32,000 nt of DNA from Promethearchaeota archaeon (GCA_016933055.1 JAFGBS010000011.1:22632-54631); one strand, 5' to 3'. Positions 8,885 to 18,479 are shown, counted from the stretch's first letter. A program made the numbers and translations. Notes: generated by a model from the letters alone, not told the origin.

Positions 8885-9167
8885 CCAGTTCCCGCTCCAA
8901 TTCTTCTATAGATAAGGGATATGGTATGTTTTCTTCTCGTAGAATTCTAAGAAAAGATCTATAAGATTCTCCACAGTATTGTGCCGCTTTCCAGACTGTC
9001 CAACGCCGTAATCGGACATTTTCAAGCGATTCTTGTCTTTTTACAACTTGCAATCCCTTTTCTATTATTTGCCGTGCTGCTGTGGATTTATCTACTTGAT
9101 TCTTTTTGGCATATTCTTCTATTTCGCGTTCTTGGTTTTCTTCTAGCCTTATGGAGGTAGTTTTCAT
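8868..9167 (-). CDS. UPF0175 / COG2886 antitoxin with an N-terminal ribbon-helix-helix-like segment
   Basis: MKTTSIRL...DKSTAARQII (RHH-like), then TVWKAAQYCGESYRSFLRILREENIP...ELEREL; overlaps the PIN gene by 17 nt; ATG at 9167 (the track uses TTG at 9170). Confidence 0.85.
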   Translation of the reverse strand: MKTTSIRLEENQEREIEEYAKKNQVDKSTAARQIIEKGLQVVKRQESLENVRLRRWTVWKAAQYCGESYRSFLRILREENIPYPLSIEELERELGENSD

Positions 9168-9173
9168 CAAGTA

Positions 9174-9192
9174 TACAAATTCATAATTTGTA
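9174..9192. promoter_or_regulatory. Palindromic candidate autoregulatory operator of the TA operon
   Basis: TACAAATT-CAT-AATTTGTA, perfect 8-bp arms just upstream of the antitoxin start. Confidence 0.55.
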
Positions 9193-9339
9193 ATAAATTC
9201 TTGGGTTTTTGAAACGGAATTTTTGACATCTAGAGGGATTAATTAAAAGCCTTGATTATTTGACGGCTGCGATTTTTTTAGTGTTAATTGTCGCATTAAA
9301 GAATATGATAAGGCATAATAAAATTCAAAATAGAATTAT

Positions 9340-9350
9340 AAAAAAAAAAA
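9340..9350 (-). terminator. Oligo-T terminator
   Basis: 11 A on the + strand directly after the stop of 9351..10220. Confidence 0.55.
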
Positions 9351-10220
9351 CTACTTTCTTTTTCGCCCTACAAACAAAAGTAATCCTCCGATAACCACCA
9401 CTCCTCCCACCACACCTAAAATAATCCACAGTAGGTTGGACGAGCCGTATATTGCTCCAATTTGGGTGGTTACATATTGAACATCCGCTGCAGATGTATA
9501 TTCAGCTAAAGGAAGAGGTGCTCCGGGTAGTAGACTAGAACTTGCTACTGGAGTTGGGATCTCTCCACCAATCAAGTTAACAATAGTCTGAAATGCCGCT
9601 AGAAAACTTGCCATTACAACCAATCCGGCTTCAAAAAAATCAGGTACATCATTATAATATTCAACGACGTATGCAATCCAGTCATTGCTGATTTCGAATG
9701 CGAGAGTGAAGATAAGGAATTCAGCATCCTTTGCAAGAATAAAGTAAGCTCCTCCTCCCATATCGAACTCAATTGCCCCATCCGTTGTGGAGATGAGATG
9801 CGAAATGTCATTAACTTCTGCTGCGACAGTAACTGCTTTCACTAGAAGGTCCCAATAGGTTTCAACATCTTCATATTCAGGATAAAGAGACAAAGCCATT
9901 CTGATTAGCGTAGGCAATTTTTTACCGAATACATCTTCAGAAAACTTAACCACTGATACTCCTACTACTGCTATGACATTGTTTGTCGTATCATTTTTCA
10001 CCCATATTTGGGATCCAGCACTTACATTATCTGCTGAACTGTCTAAAGGGTTTTCAACTTCAATAATTTTTTCCCAAATTAAATCATATCCTTCAACATC
10101 TTCGGGATCTGGAAGATAAGATTCAACAGCTGCAGCAGTTCCTGCGAATAATATCGAACCAAATATTCCAAAGAGAAGTATTCCACCAATTAATTGTGAT
10201 TTTTTCATGGTTATTCCCAT
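9351..10220 (-). CDS. Exported, C-terminally membrane-anchored protein of unknown function
   Basis: Signal peptide MKKSQLIGGILLFGIFGSILFAGTAAA (alternative start 10208); terminal TM LLWIILGVVGGVVVIGGLLLFVG plus RKRK. Confidence 0.8.
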   Translation of the reverse strand: MGITMKKSQLIGGILLFGIFGSILFAGTAAAVESYLPDPEDVEGYDLIWEKIIEVENPLDSSADNVSAGSQIWVKNDTTNNVIAVVGVSVVKFSEDVFGKKLPTLIRMALSLYPEYEDVETYWDLLVKAVTVAAEVNDISHLISTTDGAIEFDMGGGAYFILAKDAEFLIFTLAFEISNDWIAYVVEYYNDVPDFFEAGLVVMASFLAAFQTIVNLIGGEIPTPVASSSLLPGAPLPLAEYTSAADVQYVTTQIGAIYGSSNLLWIILGVVGGVVVIGGLLLFVGRKRK

Positions 10221-10413
10221 ATAACAAAATGAAAATTCCGATATTTAAATTATCATTCCAATTGGTATGGAAATCATACATATTAAGATTAAATCTGCAG
10301 TATTAAAATAAATAGGATTCCCCAAGGATGCATTTCCCATAAAAAGGGGGATTTATTAGGTAAAAAAATAGGTGGTAAAACAATTTAAATTGGAATGACT
10401 TATTTTGTTCTTC

Positions 10414-11718
10414 TTAAGAAATGTGTTGTGTCAGATATAGGAATCTCTCTAGGTAATATGACCATACTTGACCTATATTTGAACTTAAGACAAAATCATT
10501 GGCGTGACCTGCGAATGGAAACTTAACTAAACAGCATTTTACTCCTTTAGATTCTAGATTCGCTTCTAATGCTATTACTCTTTCAATCCAAACTTGTCCA
10601 TCACTAGTACCTTGAAAAATAAGTACGGGGGGATCTTGAGGATCAGCTAAATGAACTAGATCATATGCATTATAAAGATCAGGGTTGGTAGTTTTATTTT
10701 CTTTAAGAAGGAATTCAGGCGCAGCGGATGGCGGATATAATGGGATAACACCTTTAACAGTTATATTAGGACTAAAAGTGGTATTATGAAAATCATTATT
10801 ATATCCTAATCCTGCTACTCCTCCTAAGTGAGCACCAGCGGATCGACCCATAAAGTAAACACAATCTAAATTTCCTCCATAAGTTGCGGCAAATTCACTT
10901 GCGCATCTATTAGTAAAAATGCCTATATGGCGAATTTGATCCTCGATAGTAAAGTTTCCCATAACATATTCTGGAGTGTCAGGGGCTTCAGCAGCATACT
11001 CAAACCAATCAATTAATCCATACTCAATATCAAAAACCACATAACCTTGACCTGCTAAATATTTGCTTGTAGAGATCATATTCCACGTTCCTTTTCCACC
11101 AGACATCCAAGCACCTGGGTGTAAATTAATGATGATACTTCCATTCCCTGGTAATTGGGAAGCGTCCATCTTTGATCTGTACACATCAAAATATAGCGTT
11201 ATATTTTCCCCGGTATAAAATAACACATCTTTTTCTACAATAATTTCTCTTTCCGGGATAGAAAGGAAGTGAGATGAGAAAAAGTATGGGGATGGAAGAA
11301 AATACTTGTATATATTCGAAGGAATAGAATTTTCCCAATCAAGATCAAAGGCGGTATCAAATTCTTGATTAGTGTTTATTATTGTATATGGAGTAGCAAG
11401 TAAAGAAGCAGCATTTAGTCCAGAAATAGTTAATCCAATTATAATTATTGCATAATATTGTTTAGGATGGTTAATTTTTCGTGAAGCTAATAGTTTTAAG
11501 AGTAATATGGTGACGGCGATGCATAATCCCACTATTAAAACTGAACTCTGAGCTACGTACTGCTCAATTACGATCGTTATTCCTTTTAAAACCCTTCCCC
11601 CAAAAAATAACATAAACGCCCAAACTACTCCTACAACTAGTACTACGAAACAAAGGAATGCGAGAATAACCTTAATGATTCTATGTTTATTCAAATTGCC
11701 AAACCTCCCGTTTGTCAA
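10414..11718 (-). CDS. Membrane-anchored alpha/beta hydrolase (HSL/BD-FAE-like esterase)
   Basis: Three N-terminal TM segments; HPGAW oxyanion motif, GRSAGAHL nucleophile elbow, FQGTSD (Asp), AGHA (His); TTG start overlapping the upstream gene. Confidence 0.88.
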   Translation of the reverse strand: MTNGRFGNLNKHRIIKVILAFLCFVVLVVGVVWAFMLFFGGRVLKGITIVIEQYVAQSSVLIVGLCIAVTILLLKLLASRKINHPKQYYAIIIIGLTISGLNAASLLATPYTIINTNQEFDTAFDLDWENSIPSNIYKYFLPSPYFFSSHFLSIPEREIIVEKDVLFYTGENITLYFDVYRSKMDASQLPGNGSIIINLHPGAWMSGGKGTWNMISTSKYLAGQGYVVFDIEYGLIDWFEYAAEAPDTPEYVMGNFTIEDQIRHIGIFTNRCASEFAATYGGNLDCVYFMGRSAGAHLGGVAGLGYNNDFHNTTFSPNITVKGVIPLYPPSAAPEFLLKENKTTNPDLYNAYDLVHLADPQDPPVLIFQGTSDGQVWIERVIALEANLESKGVKCCLVKFPFAGHANDFVLSSNIGQVWSYYLERFLYLTQHIS

Positions 11719-12136
11719 GGGATTTAAGATTCAAATATGAAAAGATTGATCCATAGATGAAAAAGCTAAAAAAGCCAAATATTATCAGCGAATATTGAAG
11801 TATAGGGGAAAACCAATTAGCGTTTAAGAGGAATAAACCAGCTACTAAGAGTATTATATCTATAATGTTAACTCCAACAAACCCATACCCTAGGTGATGT
11901 ATTTTTTTTCCCATAAGACTGCTTTTTACAATTTTATAATCATTATATACAATTAATATAATATTTAAGAACCAAGAAAGAACTATGAGAATACTAAAGC
12001 TTGTGCCAAAAACGATATTTAGACCAATGAAATAATGGAAAATCCCCATCAAAATTAGGGCAATATTTGCCCCAAATGATATAATACATAAGTATTTAAT
12101 CATTTTTTTGCTAATTTTCATTTTTTTCCTCATCAC
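11687..12136 (-). CDS. Small 4-TM integral membrane protein
   Basis: Four hydrophobic helices in 149 aa; overlaps the hydrolase gene by 32 nt. Confidence 0.75.
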   Translation of the reverse strand: MMRKKMKISKKMIKYLCIISFGANIALILMGIFHYFIGLNIVFGTSFSILIVLSWFLNIILIVYNDYKIVKSSLMGKKIHHLGYGFVGVNIIDIILLVAGLFLLNANWFSPILQYSLIIFGFFSFFIYGSIFSYLNLKSLDKREVWQFE

Positions 12137-12399
12137 TGTTAGTTTTTTTGAAAAAATCGAAAGACCTAATTGACTTTATAGTTCGTTTTATTCATATTTA
12201 AAGTTTTAAAATGGTTTTTTTCGATATATTCAAAAAGATTTCAAAGAAAGAACTGATAAAGATGGTGGTTGTGTTATTTTACTTGATTGAAACGATTATT
12301 TTACGACACTTCTTGATTACATCTTTGTTTGAATGTTCGCGGTGGTTTGGAATTGAAATATTTTTAGCACCAAGTGGTTGTACTAATAGAAGAAATATC

Positions 12400-14046
12400 A
12401 TGAGAAATAAGAAAACAAAACTATTTATCACTATTTTTTTTTTCATCCTCTTTTATAGCTGTATAGGGTCTATAAATGCTCGTTTATTCAATATGACCAC
12501 AAATGTAATCGAACCGGAAGATGTATTCATTCTTTATAAAAATGAATTAGGTTTAGGGAATACCGGGCAAATTGATATTGATTCCTTGGGTAATGTCCAC
12601 GGAGTATATATCAATGATAGCGGGGATTTTGAAGAAATAGTATACATTACCAATAGTACTGGGATATGGACGAAACAACTGGTCAATGACTACGGATATG
12701 GCCATTGGTGGACCGATATTGAAATTGACTCACATAACAACATTCACCTACTTGCTCAAGAAGATTGTTGCGGTATAAAATATCTAAAAATCAATGCAAC
12801 GGGAGAATGGAATACTCTAACACAGATTGGTAACGGTGGCTATCCAAAGATTGTTACAGATACCCAAAACATCTCCCACATCGTGTATGGATTAATTCCT
12901 GGGACAGAAATCATTTATATCAATACCTCCTTGAATGCTCAACCAGTAAGTATTTCTGATCCTACGATTGAAACCCATTCTTTTCCAGATCTTGCTATTG
13001 ATGCAGATGGCGATGTCCATATTGTCTTTGAAGGGACTTCAATGGCAGATTCATCGATAAGGGAAATATATTATTGTAAATACAGTACTCAAACGGGGAT
13101 TTTATCATCAATCACAGATATCTCAAATTATGGACTCAGCGCTTCCACACCTACCATAGAGGTTGATTCCACGGGAACAGTTCATGTTGCATTTGTCTGT
13201 CAGAATGTTTCGACCGAATATTTAAAACTCTGGTATTTAAGTTTTGATGGGGATATAGGACCTTCAAGCGTTACTCCAGCTAAGATAAACAGTGATGATG
13301 TTCCATGTACATTCCCGCATATTGAACTGGATTCTAATGACAAAGCGCATATCGTATATGAAGCATCATATCCCGTTGATTTCCGGATATCGGAAACAGC
13401 AACCTCCCCTCCAGAAATAAATTATGTTACAAACAAAGGAGGGTCATGGAGAGATACTCGTGTAACAAGAGAATTGATTCATTTGGAGTTTACAGGGATC
13501 TCTATCAGTCCAATAACGGATTCACCCATTATTTGTTATTCAGATCGAGAAGATAATGAAGAGGGTGCAAAATATCATTTTAACTTATTAGAAATGAAAA
13601 ATGGATATTTTGGAGATTTGTTTAGTATTTCCGCTCAATTTAGTGATGAGGATCTTCAAGTGGATGAGGAGGTTGAATATCAATTCCAAGTAACCATCGG
13701 CAATCCATTAACATACCAGCAACATTATGATCTAACAATTAGTTTGTCTGATGTGGATACCATTAACTTAGTTACAGGTGATAGAACCAGAAATCTGGCA
13801 GATCTTGCTGGATTAGAGAATATTACGTATATATGGGGTATTTCAACGGAATACAGCGGCTCAAAAAGCGTAAATGCAATTTTAACATCAGATGGAGAAT
13901 ATGTATGCCAGATCGGTTTCGGAATTGTAGTTGCTTCTGGTCTCGAAATTGGTGGTTTTCATACATTTGCATTATTAGCAATCGGTGTAATCACAATTAT
14001 ATTTGTTATTAGAAAGAAGTTGTGGACGAAAGCACAGGCAAACTAA
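12400..14046 (+). CDS. Surface protein: beta-propeller-like repeats, Ig-like domain and Loki-CTERM-like anchor
   Basis: Signal peptide from MRNKKTKLFITIFF (ATG 12400); repeated I.IDS.G.VH(I/V)(V/A)(Y/F) blades; C-terminal IGGF, TM and RKK. Confidence 0.8.
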   Translation: MRNKKTKLFITIFFFILFYSCIGSINARLFNMTTNVIEPEDVFILYKNELGLGNTGQIDIDSLGNVHGVYINDSGDFEEIVYITNSTGIWTKQLVNDYGYGHWWTDIEIDSHNNIHLLAQEDCCGIKYLKINATGEWNTLTQIGNGGYPKIVTDTQNISHIVYGLIPGTEIIYINTSLNAQPVSISDPTIETHSFPDLAIDADGDVHIVFEGTSMADSSIREIYYCKYSTQTGILSSITDISNYGLSASTPTIEVDSTGTVHVAFVCQNVSTEYLKLWYLSFDGDIGPSSVTPAKINSDDVPCTFPHIELDSNDKAHIVYEASYPVDFRISETATSPPEINYVTNKGGSWRDTRVTRELIHLEFTGISISPITDSPIICYSDREDNEEGAKYHFNLLEMKNGYFGDLFSISAQFSDEDLQVDEEVEYQFQVTIGNPLTYQQHYDLTISLSDVDTINLVTGDRTRNLADLAGLENITYIWGISTEYSGSKSVNAILTSDGEYVCQIGFGIVVASGLEIGGFHTFALLAIGVITIIFVIRKKLWTKAQAN

Positions 14047-14072
14047 TCTTCACTAATTCGGTGAAATAAAAT

Positions 14073-16184
14073 TCACCCCTTTTTTTTGTACCGGAAACCA
14101 AAATTTACTTCATTCCCCTCTTCTATCCATTCATTCTTAAGGCGATTGGAATTCCCCTCAGCGATTGCTAAATCTTTAACACAAAAATCCAGATTTAGCT
14201 CTTTAAGAGTTGTTTCTAAGGGGAGGCCATCCTCTGTATACCCCATTGCCTTATAGTATATAAAAGCAAGTTTTTCTAGATCTAATGTTACTCCTTTCGT
14301 GGGACCTTTAGTTAACGGAGGATTACCGATTGCTCTCTGGCTTAACTCATGACGAATCGCTCCCTCTCGAGCATTAAACATCTGACGTAGAGTTTGTATG
14401 CGATGCCCTGTTTTAAGTAATTCTTCGGGTTTTACTTCCCAATCAAACACCGCTTTCATCATTTGTAAATACGGGTACAATCCGAAATTTGTGGAGAACA
14501 TGCATAATCCTAGTGTTTCATAGGTCTGATGGAATTTTACTACATTTGCAAAGTATGCAGCTTGTTCTTCTGGTATTTTTGAATCCTCAAATTCCAAACC
14601 ATCGACGAAGTATGAAAGCCCCATGCCAGCCTCCGTATTCATAGAAGCAGCAGTATGTCTTCCTGGAGTCGGATCAATGATATAAGTTAATCCGACGCTG
14701 GGATCAAATCTAGGATCATGCATTGGAAGTTCTTGTCCATTACAATGCATTACAAATTCGGAAGTATTTGGAATTTTCTGAGATGCAACCATTGTACCAT
14801 CTGCAAGAGTATCTCCAATTCCCTCTCTGGTTACTATTAATTTTAGCAAGGGTATTACCCATTGGGCGGCTCCCCAGGTTGGCAGAAACCCATCTGGATA
14901 TTCTGTACATTTAAAATCAGATTGCTTGAGTATTCCATTCTCTACAGCCTCCATGACAAAAGCAACAATATTTCCCGCGGAAATAGAGTCCATTCCCACT
15001 CGGTTAAGAAATTCATTGATTTTCATTAAGGCATCGAAATCATCACACAATATCATACATCCAAAAGATGCTGATGTTTCGTATTCAGGTCGATGAGTAG
15101 TTTTTTTTTCGTATGGTAAATTTTCGTATTCCAAAATGGCTCCACACTGGACGGGACAACCGAAACATCCATATTTACGTTTAGTTAATTTCTTAAACCG
15201 TTTGCCACGTAGTTTCATTGCTTTTTTGAAAGGAAAATCCTTGTATCCAATTCCCTTGAAATTCTTGACAGGCGCATCTCCAGTTTGCACACTCAGTACA
15301 TTTGCAACTGTTGTCCCTAATTTGCTTCCTCCGAACGTAGCGGTGGTAATTTTGGCGAAACTCTCCCCTGATCCTCCCAAACCGGATTTTAATAATCGCA
15401 GCATTGGTGATATCCGATCTAGCATTGGGAAAAAACCATTTATCATCTTATTGCTAGTGTAGGATTGTATTTTTTTGTTATATTCTTTAGCAAGAGCAAA
15501 AGCGCTTTTTTTGTCCGCATAATTCAACTGAGTGTTACCACACGCACAAATAGCTTTAAGTTTTTTTGATCCCATTACTGCCCCAAGACCACTTCGTGCA
15601 GCTATCCTCCCTCCATCAGTTACAATACCTGAAACTAAGCTAAGATTCTCTCCTGCCTGTCCTATAGAAGCAATTTCACATGATTTTCCGTGCTTTTTTT
15701 TCAATATCTCCTCGGTTTGAACACAATCTTTTCCCCAGATCTCTTTGGCAGATTCAATTGATGCCACTCCCTGATTTAATAAAAGATATACTGGATGTTT
15801 TGAGATTCCATGAAAAAAAATTCCATCATATCCTGTTTTTCGTAATGATGGTCCGAACATCCCTCCTGAATTCGAGTTCCCCCATCCTCCCGTACTATAT
15901 TTTCCATTTTTTCGTGAACCCTTCCCAGTTAAAGGAGACTTACCGCAAACAATAAATCTACCTGTCAAAGGTGCGGGAGAACCGGTCAACAATCCTGGTA
16001 ATACCCCTAAAATATTATCAGGACCTAAAGGATCACAGCATGGTACTATATTTTTATAGATATAGTATACTCCTAAGCCATATCCCCCATAGTATTGCCG
16101 ATAAATTGACTCGTCTATCATCTCGTCATTGGTTATACTCGAGCTAAGATCTACCACAAGAATTTTACCATGAATGCCTTCCAT
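14073..16184 (-). CDS. aor: Tungsten-dependent aldehyde:ferredoxin oxidoreductase family protein
   Basis: AARSGLGAVMGSKKLKAI, CFGCPVQC plus distal GLCMF (4Fe-4S Cys), RPEYET, GMDSIS, HDPR motifs. Confidence 0.92.
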   Translation of the reverse strand: MEGIHGKILVVDLSSSITNDEMIDESIYRQYYGGYGLGVYYIYKNIVPCCDPLGPDNILGVLPGLLTGSPAPLTGRFIVCGKSPLTGKGSRKNGKYSTGGWGNSNSGGMFGPSLRKTGYDGIFFHGISKHPVYLLLNQGVASIESAKEIWGKDCVQTEEILKKKHGKSCEIASIGQAGENLSLVSGIVTDGGRIAARSGLGAVMGSKKLKAICACGNTQLNYADKKSAFALAKEYNKKIQSYTSNKMINGFFPMLDRISPMLRLLKSGLGGSGESFAKITTATFGGSKLGTTVANVLSVQTGDAPVKNFKGIGYKDFPFKKAMKLRGKRFKKLTKRKYGCFGCPVQCGAILEYENLPYEKKTTHRPEYETSASFGCMILCDDFDALMKINEFLNRVGMDSISAGNIVAFVMEAVENGILKQSDFKCTEYPDGFLPTWGAAQWVIPLLKLIVTREGIGDTLADGTMVASQKIPNTSEFVMHCNGQELPMHDPRFDPSVGLTYIIDPTPGRHTAASMNTEAGMGLSYFVDGLEFEDSKIPEEQAAYFANVVKFHQTYETLGLCMFSTNFGLYPYLQMMKAVFDWEVKPEELLKTGHRIQTLRQMFNAREGAIRHELSQRAIGNPPLTKGPTKGVTLDLEKLAFIYYKAMGYTEDGLPLETTLKELNLDFCVKDLAIAEGNSNRLKNEWIEEGNEVNFGFRYKKKG

Positions 16185-16260
16185 TGTTGTTTCATCCTTA
16201 TTTGTTATATATAGAAAGCTACGTTTATCCTATCTCCAAAAAAGAATCAAAAATTAATTT

Positions 16261-17361
16261 CTAAAATTCTGGATACTTCTGGAAATCCTCCAGTTTTTGT
16301 TTGATCTCTTGTTTTCGTATGATTTCCTCTTCTGTGGGGTAAGGAGTTTCTGCCCATAAATCCACTTCCGGCATCTGCAATGATTTTCTTACTTTAGTTT
16401 CCAAGCGCCCAAATCCTACGCGGGAAGCAAAGAATTTGATTACCTTGAATTTCAATTTCGTAAGTTTCTTTTCCCATTCTTCAGCGAAACCACCATCTTC
16501 GATATATTGTAGAATAGGTTTTTGAATCTCTGAAATTTCTCGAAATATTTTGTCATATCGTATCGTACGACTGAGAATGCCATATTGAGATCGGTCCTCC
16601 ATAGTTTTGATACCATTAATCACCCCAAAATCTCGTATACCATTGAAGGTATACTTCATTTTCCCTGAAAGGATCATCTCAATTAGTATAGCTTCTGCAG
16701 GAATACCGAATTCAAGTAAAATATCCATAGGTTTCATAAGCATGCTACTACTGGCTGGTCCAAATCCTTGTTCGGTAAATAGGTCTAACACTGTTTCTTC
16801 CTTGAAATTCGTTTCTAAAGCTCCTTTGGTTAGCCCTCCTACACCCTTAGTTAGTGCAAGTAATATTTCTTGAGCTTTCCCTGTCCCATTCTGCCCAACT
16901 CCGATGAAGCTGAAGTAACCCTCACCATTTAAATAACACTCACGCACACCAATCCCTATCATTCGTGGTGCAATGATGAGAAGATCTATATCTTTAGGTG
17001 GTATGATGAAATTAAAAGCAATATTATATCCGTGGGCAAAAACCAGAGCAGAACCAGATTTGAGAAAAGGAAAGATTGAAGTTTTATAGACATCACATTG
17101 AATCTCATCTGGAATTAGCAAAAATATGACATCTGCACGTTTAATTGCCTCCGGAATATCAAAAGTCTCGAATCCATCTAAATTAGCACGTTCTCGATAG
17201 GAATCAGAGATATTTCCTACAATAACGTTTACACCATGGTCTCGCAAATTTAGCGCTTGAGAGCGCCCTTGATTTCCATATCCAATGAACGCAACAATTT
17301 TCCCATCGAGTATTGACATATCTGGTACATCAGATTCGCGATAAATCTTCACATCTCTCAT
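16261..17361 (-). CDS. ilvC: Ketol-acid reductoisomerase-like protein, paralogue A (N-terminal catalytic half intact)
   Basis: GYGNQGRSQALNLRD, LLIPDE, FAHGYNI, FKEETVLDLFTEQ; the distal motif is degenerate (SGK, no HSxTSQYG). The symbol denotes family only; the physiological substrate is unproven. Confidence 0.85.
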   Translation of the reverse strand: MRDVKIYRESDVPDMSILDGKIVAFIGYGNQGRSQALNLRDHGVNVIVGNISDSYRERANLDGFETFDIPEAIKRADVIFLLIPDEIQCDVYKTSIFPFLKSGSALVFAHGYNIAFNFIIPPKDIDLLIIAPRMIGIGVRECYLNGEGYFSFIGVGQNGTGKAQEILLALTKGVGGLTKGALETNFKEETVLDLFTEQGFGPASSSMLMKPMDILLEFGIPAEAILIEMILSGKMKYTFNGIRDFGVINGIKTMEDRSQYGILSRTIRYDKIFREISEIQKPILQYIEDGGFAEEWEKKLTKLKFKVIKFFASRVGFGRLETKVRKSLQMPEVDLWAETPYPTEEEIIRKQEIKQKLEDFQKYPEF

Positions 17362-17372
17362 TTTTTCCCCTC

Positions 17373-18479
17373 CTATATTCCTCCATAAAACTCCTTGATT
17401 TTTACTACTTCATCCTCCAAATAAAGGTCTTTTATGCTTTCTTCTGGTAGCGTAGCAGGTGTAAAAGTCTGCAACTTCCTAAATCCAAGGTTTTGCCTCA
17501 CCTTTTGCTCTATTTCTGCAAATTTCGAATGCTCAAAATAGAATTTCATAGTTTGCAGTAGCACTTTGCTTTTCTCTTCTTTCCATTCAGCAATAAACTC
17601 CCCGTCAACGATTTCCTGTAATATTCTGCGTTGGATTTTCTCGACGTCCTTAGATAGCGAACGGAATTTTATTCCTCGTGACATTTGACCATATTGACTG
17701 GTGTGTGAGTGAAAATTCATTTGTTTCATCATTCCAACTTCTATTGCCTTATCCATGGTGAATCCGCCCTCACCGGATAGAACTTGTTCCACCATTATGG
17801 ATTCCGCTGGATATCCATTTTCTACTAAATTCTCAACTGATCGAATGAGTATTTGAGCCATTACATAACTAAAAGTCTGTTCTGCAAATAGCTGCATCGT
17901 AATTTGCTGGGCGAAACTAATTTTCACAGCGGGTAACTTCAATCCCCCGATAGCTAGTGTCAATGCGAGCATGAGGTCTTCAGCAACTCTGGTTGGGTCT
18001 TGATGTATACCCACTAAACTGAAGAAACTATCATAATTCAGATATTTCTCTCGAATAGCTGCACCAGGTATTCTAGTAGTAATCAAAATCGCAGTACAAT
18101 CCGAAGGTAAGTGAATTTCTTCGTATATAACCGGATATCCACTGGAAAACACGAAAATCATTGATTTTTTCAAATTTGGTTGGATAAACTCCTCATATAT
18201 CCCCGCAATATCATCATCAGCTACCAAAAAAAAAATTATATCAGATTCTATGATCAATTCGGGGATTGATAACGGGGTAAACTCATCACGTTCTGCACGT
18301 TTTTTATATTCCTCATGATGAGTAGCGATTTTAACTTCTATTCCTGAATCCCGAAAATTCAAAGCATACGCTTTTGCAACGTTCCCATAACCGATGATAC
18401 CTATATTGTATGATTTTAAAATATCTAAATTTCCATCTTTCTCAAAATAGATTTTAACTGTCATTTTGCCTATACTCAT
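17373..18479 (-). CDS. ilvC: Ketol-acid reductoisomerase-like protein, paralogue B (N-terminal catalytic motifs degenerate, distal knot motifs intact)
   Basis: GYGNVAKAYALNFRDSG, FSSGY (His lost), QLFAEQ (Asp lost), but VEQVLSGE and HSHTSQYG are retained. The symbol denotes family only. Confidence 0.8.
   Translation of the reverse strand: MSIGKMTVKIYFEKDGNLDILKSYNIGIIGYGNVAKAYALNFRDSGIEVKIATHHEEYKKRAERDEFTPLSIPELIIESDIIFFLVADDDIAGIYEEFIQPNLKKSMIFVFSSGYPVIYEEIHLPSDCTAILITTRIPGAAIREKYLNYDSFFSLVGIHQDPTRVAEDLMLALTLAIGGLKLPAVKISFAQQITMQLFAEQTFSYVMAQILIRSVENLVENGYPAESIMVEQVLSGEGGFTMDKAIEVGMMKQMNFHSHTSQYGQMSRGIKFRSLSKDVEKIQRRILQEIVDGEFIAEWKEEKSKVLLQTMKFYFEHSKFAEIEQKVRQNLGFRKLQTFTPATLPEESIKDLYLEDEVVKIKEFYGGI

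Noticed and set aside
12211-12399. N-terminal 63 aa of the 611-aa ORF
   Set aside because: Looks like noncoding divergent-promoter DNA; a clean signal peptide starts at ATG 12400
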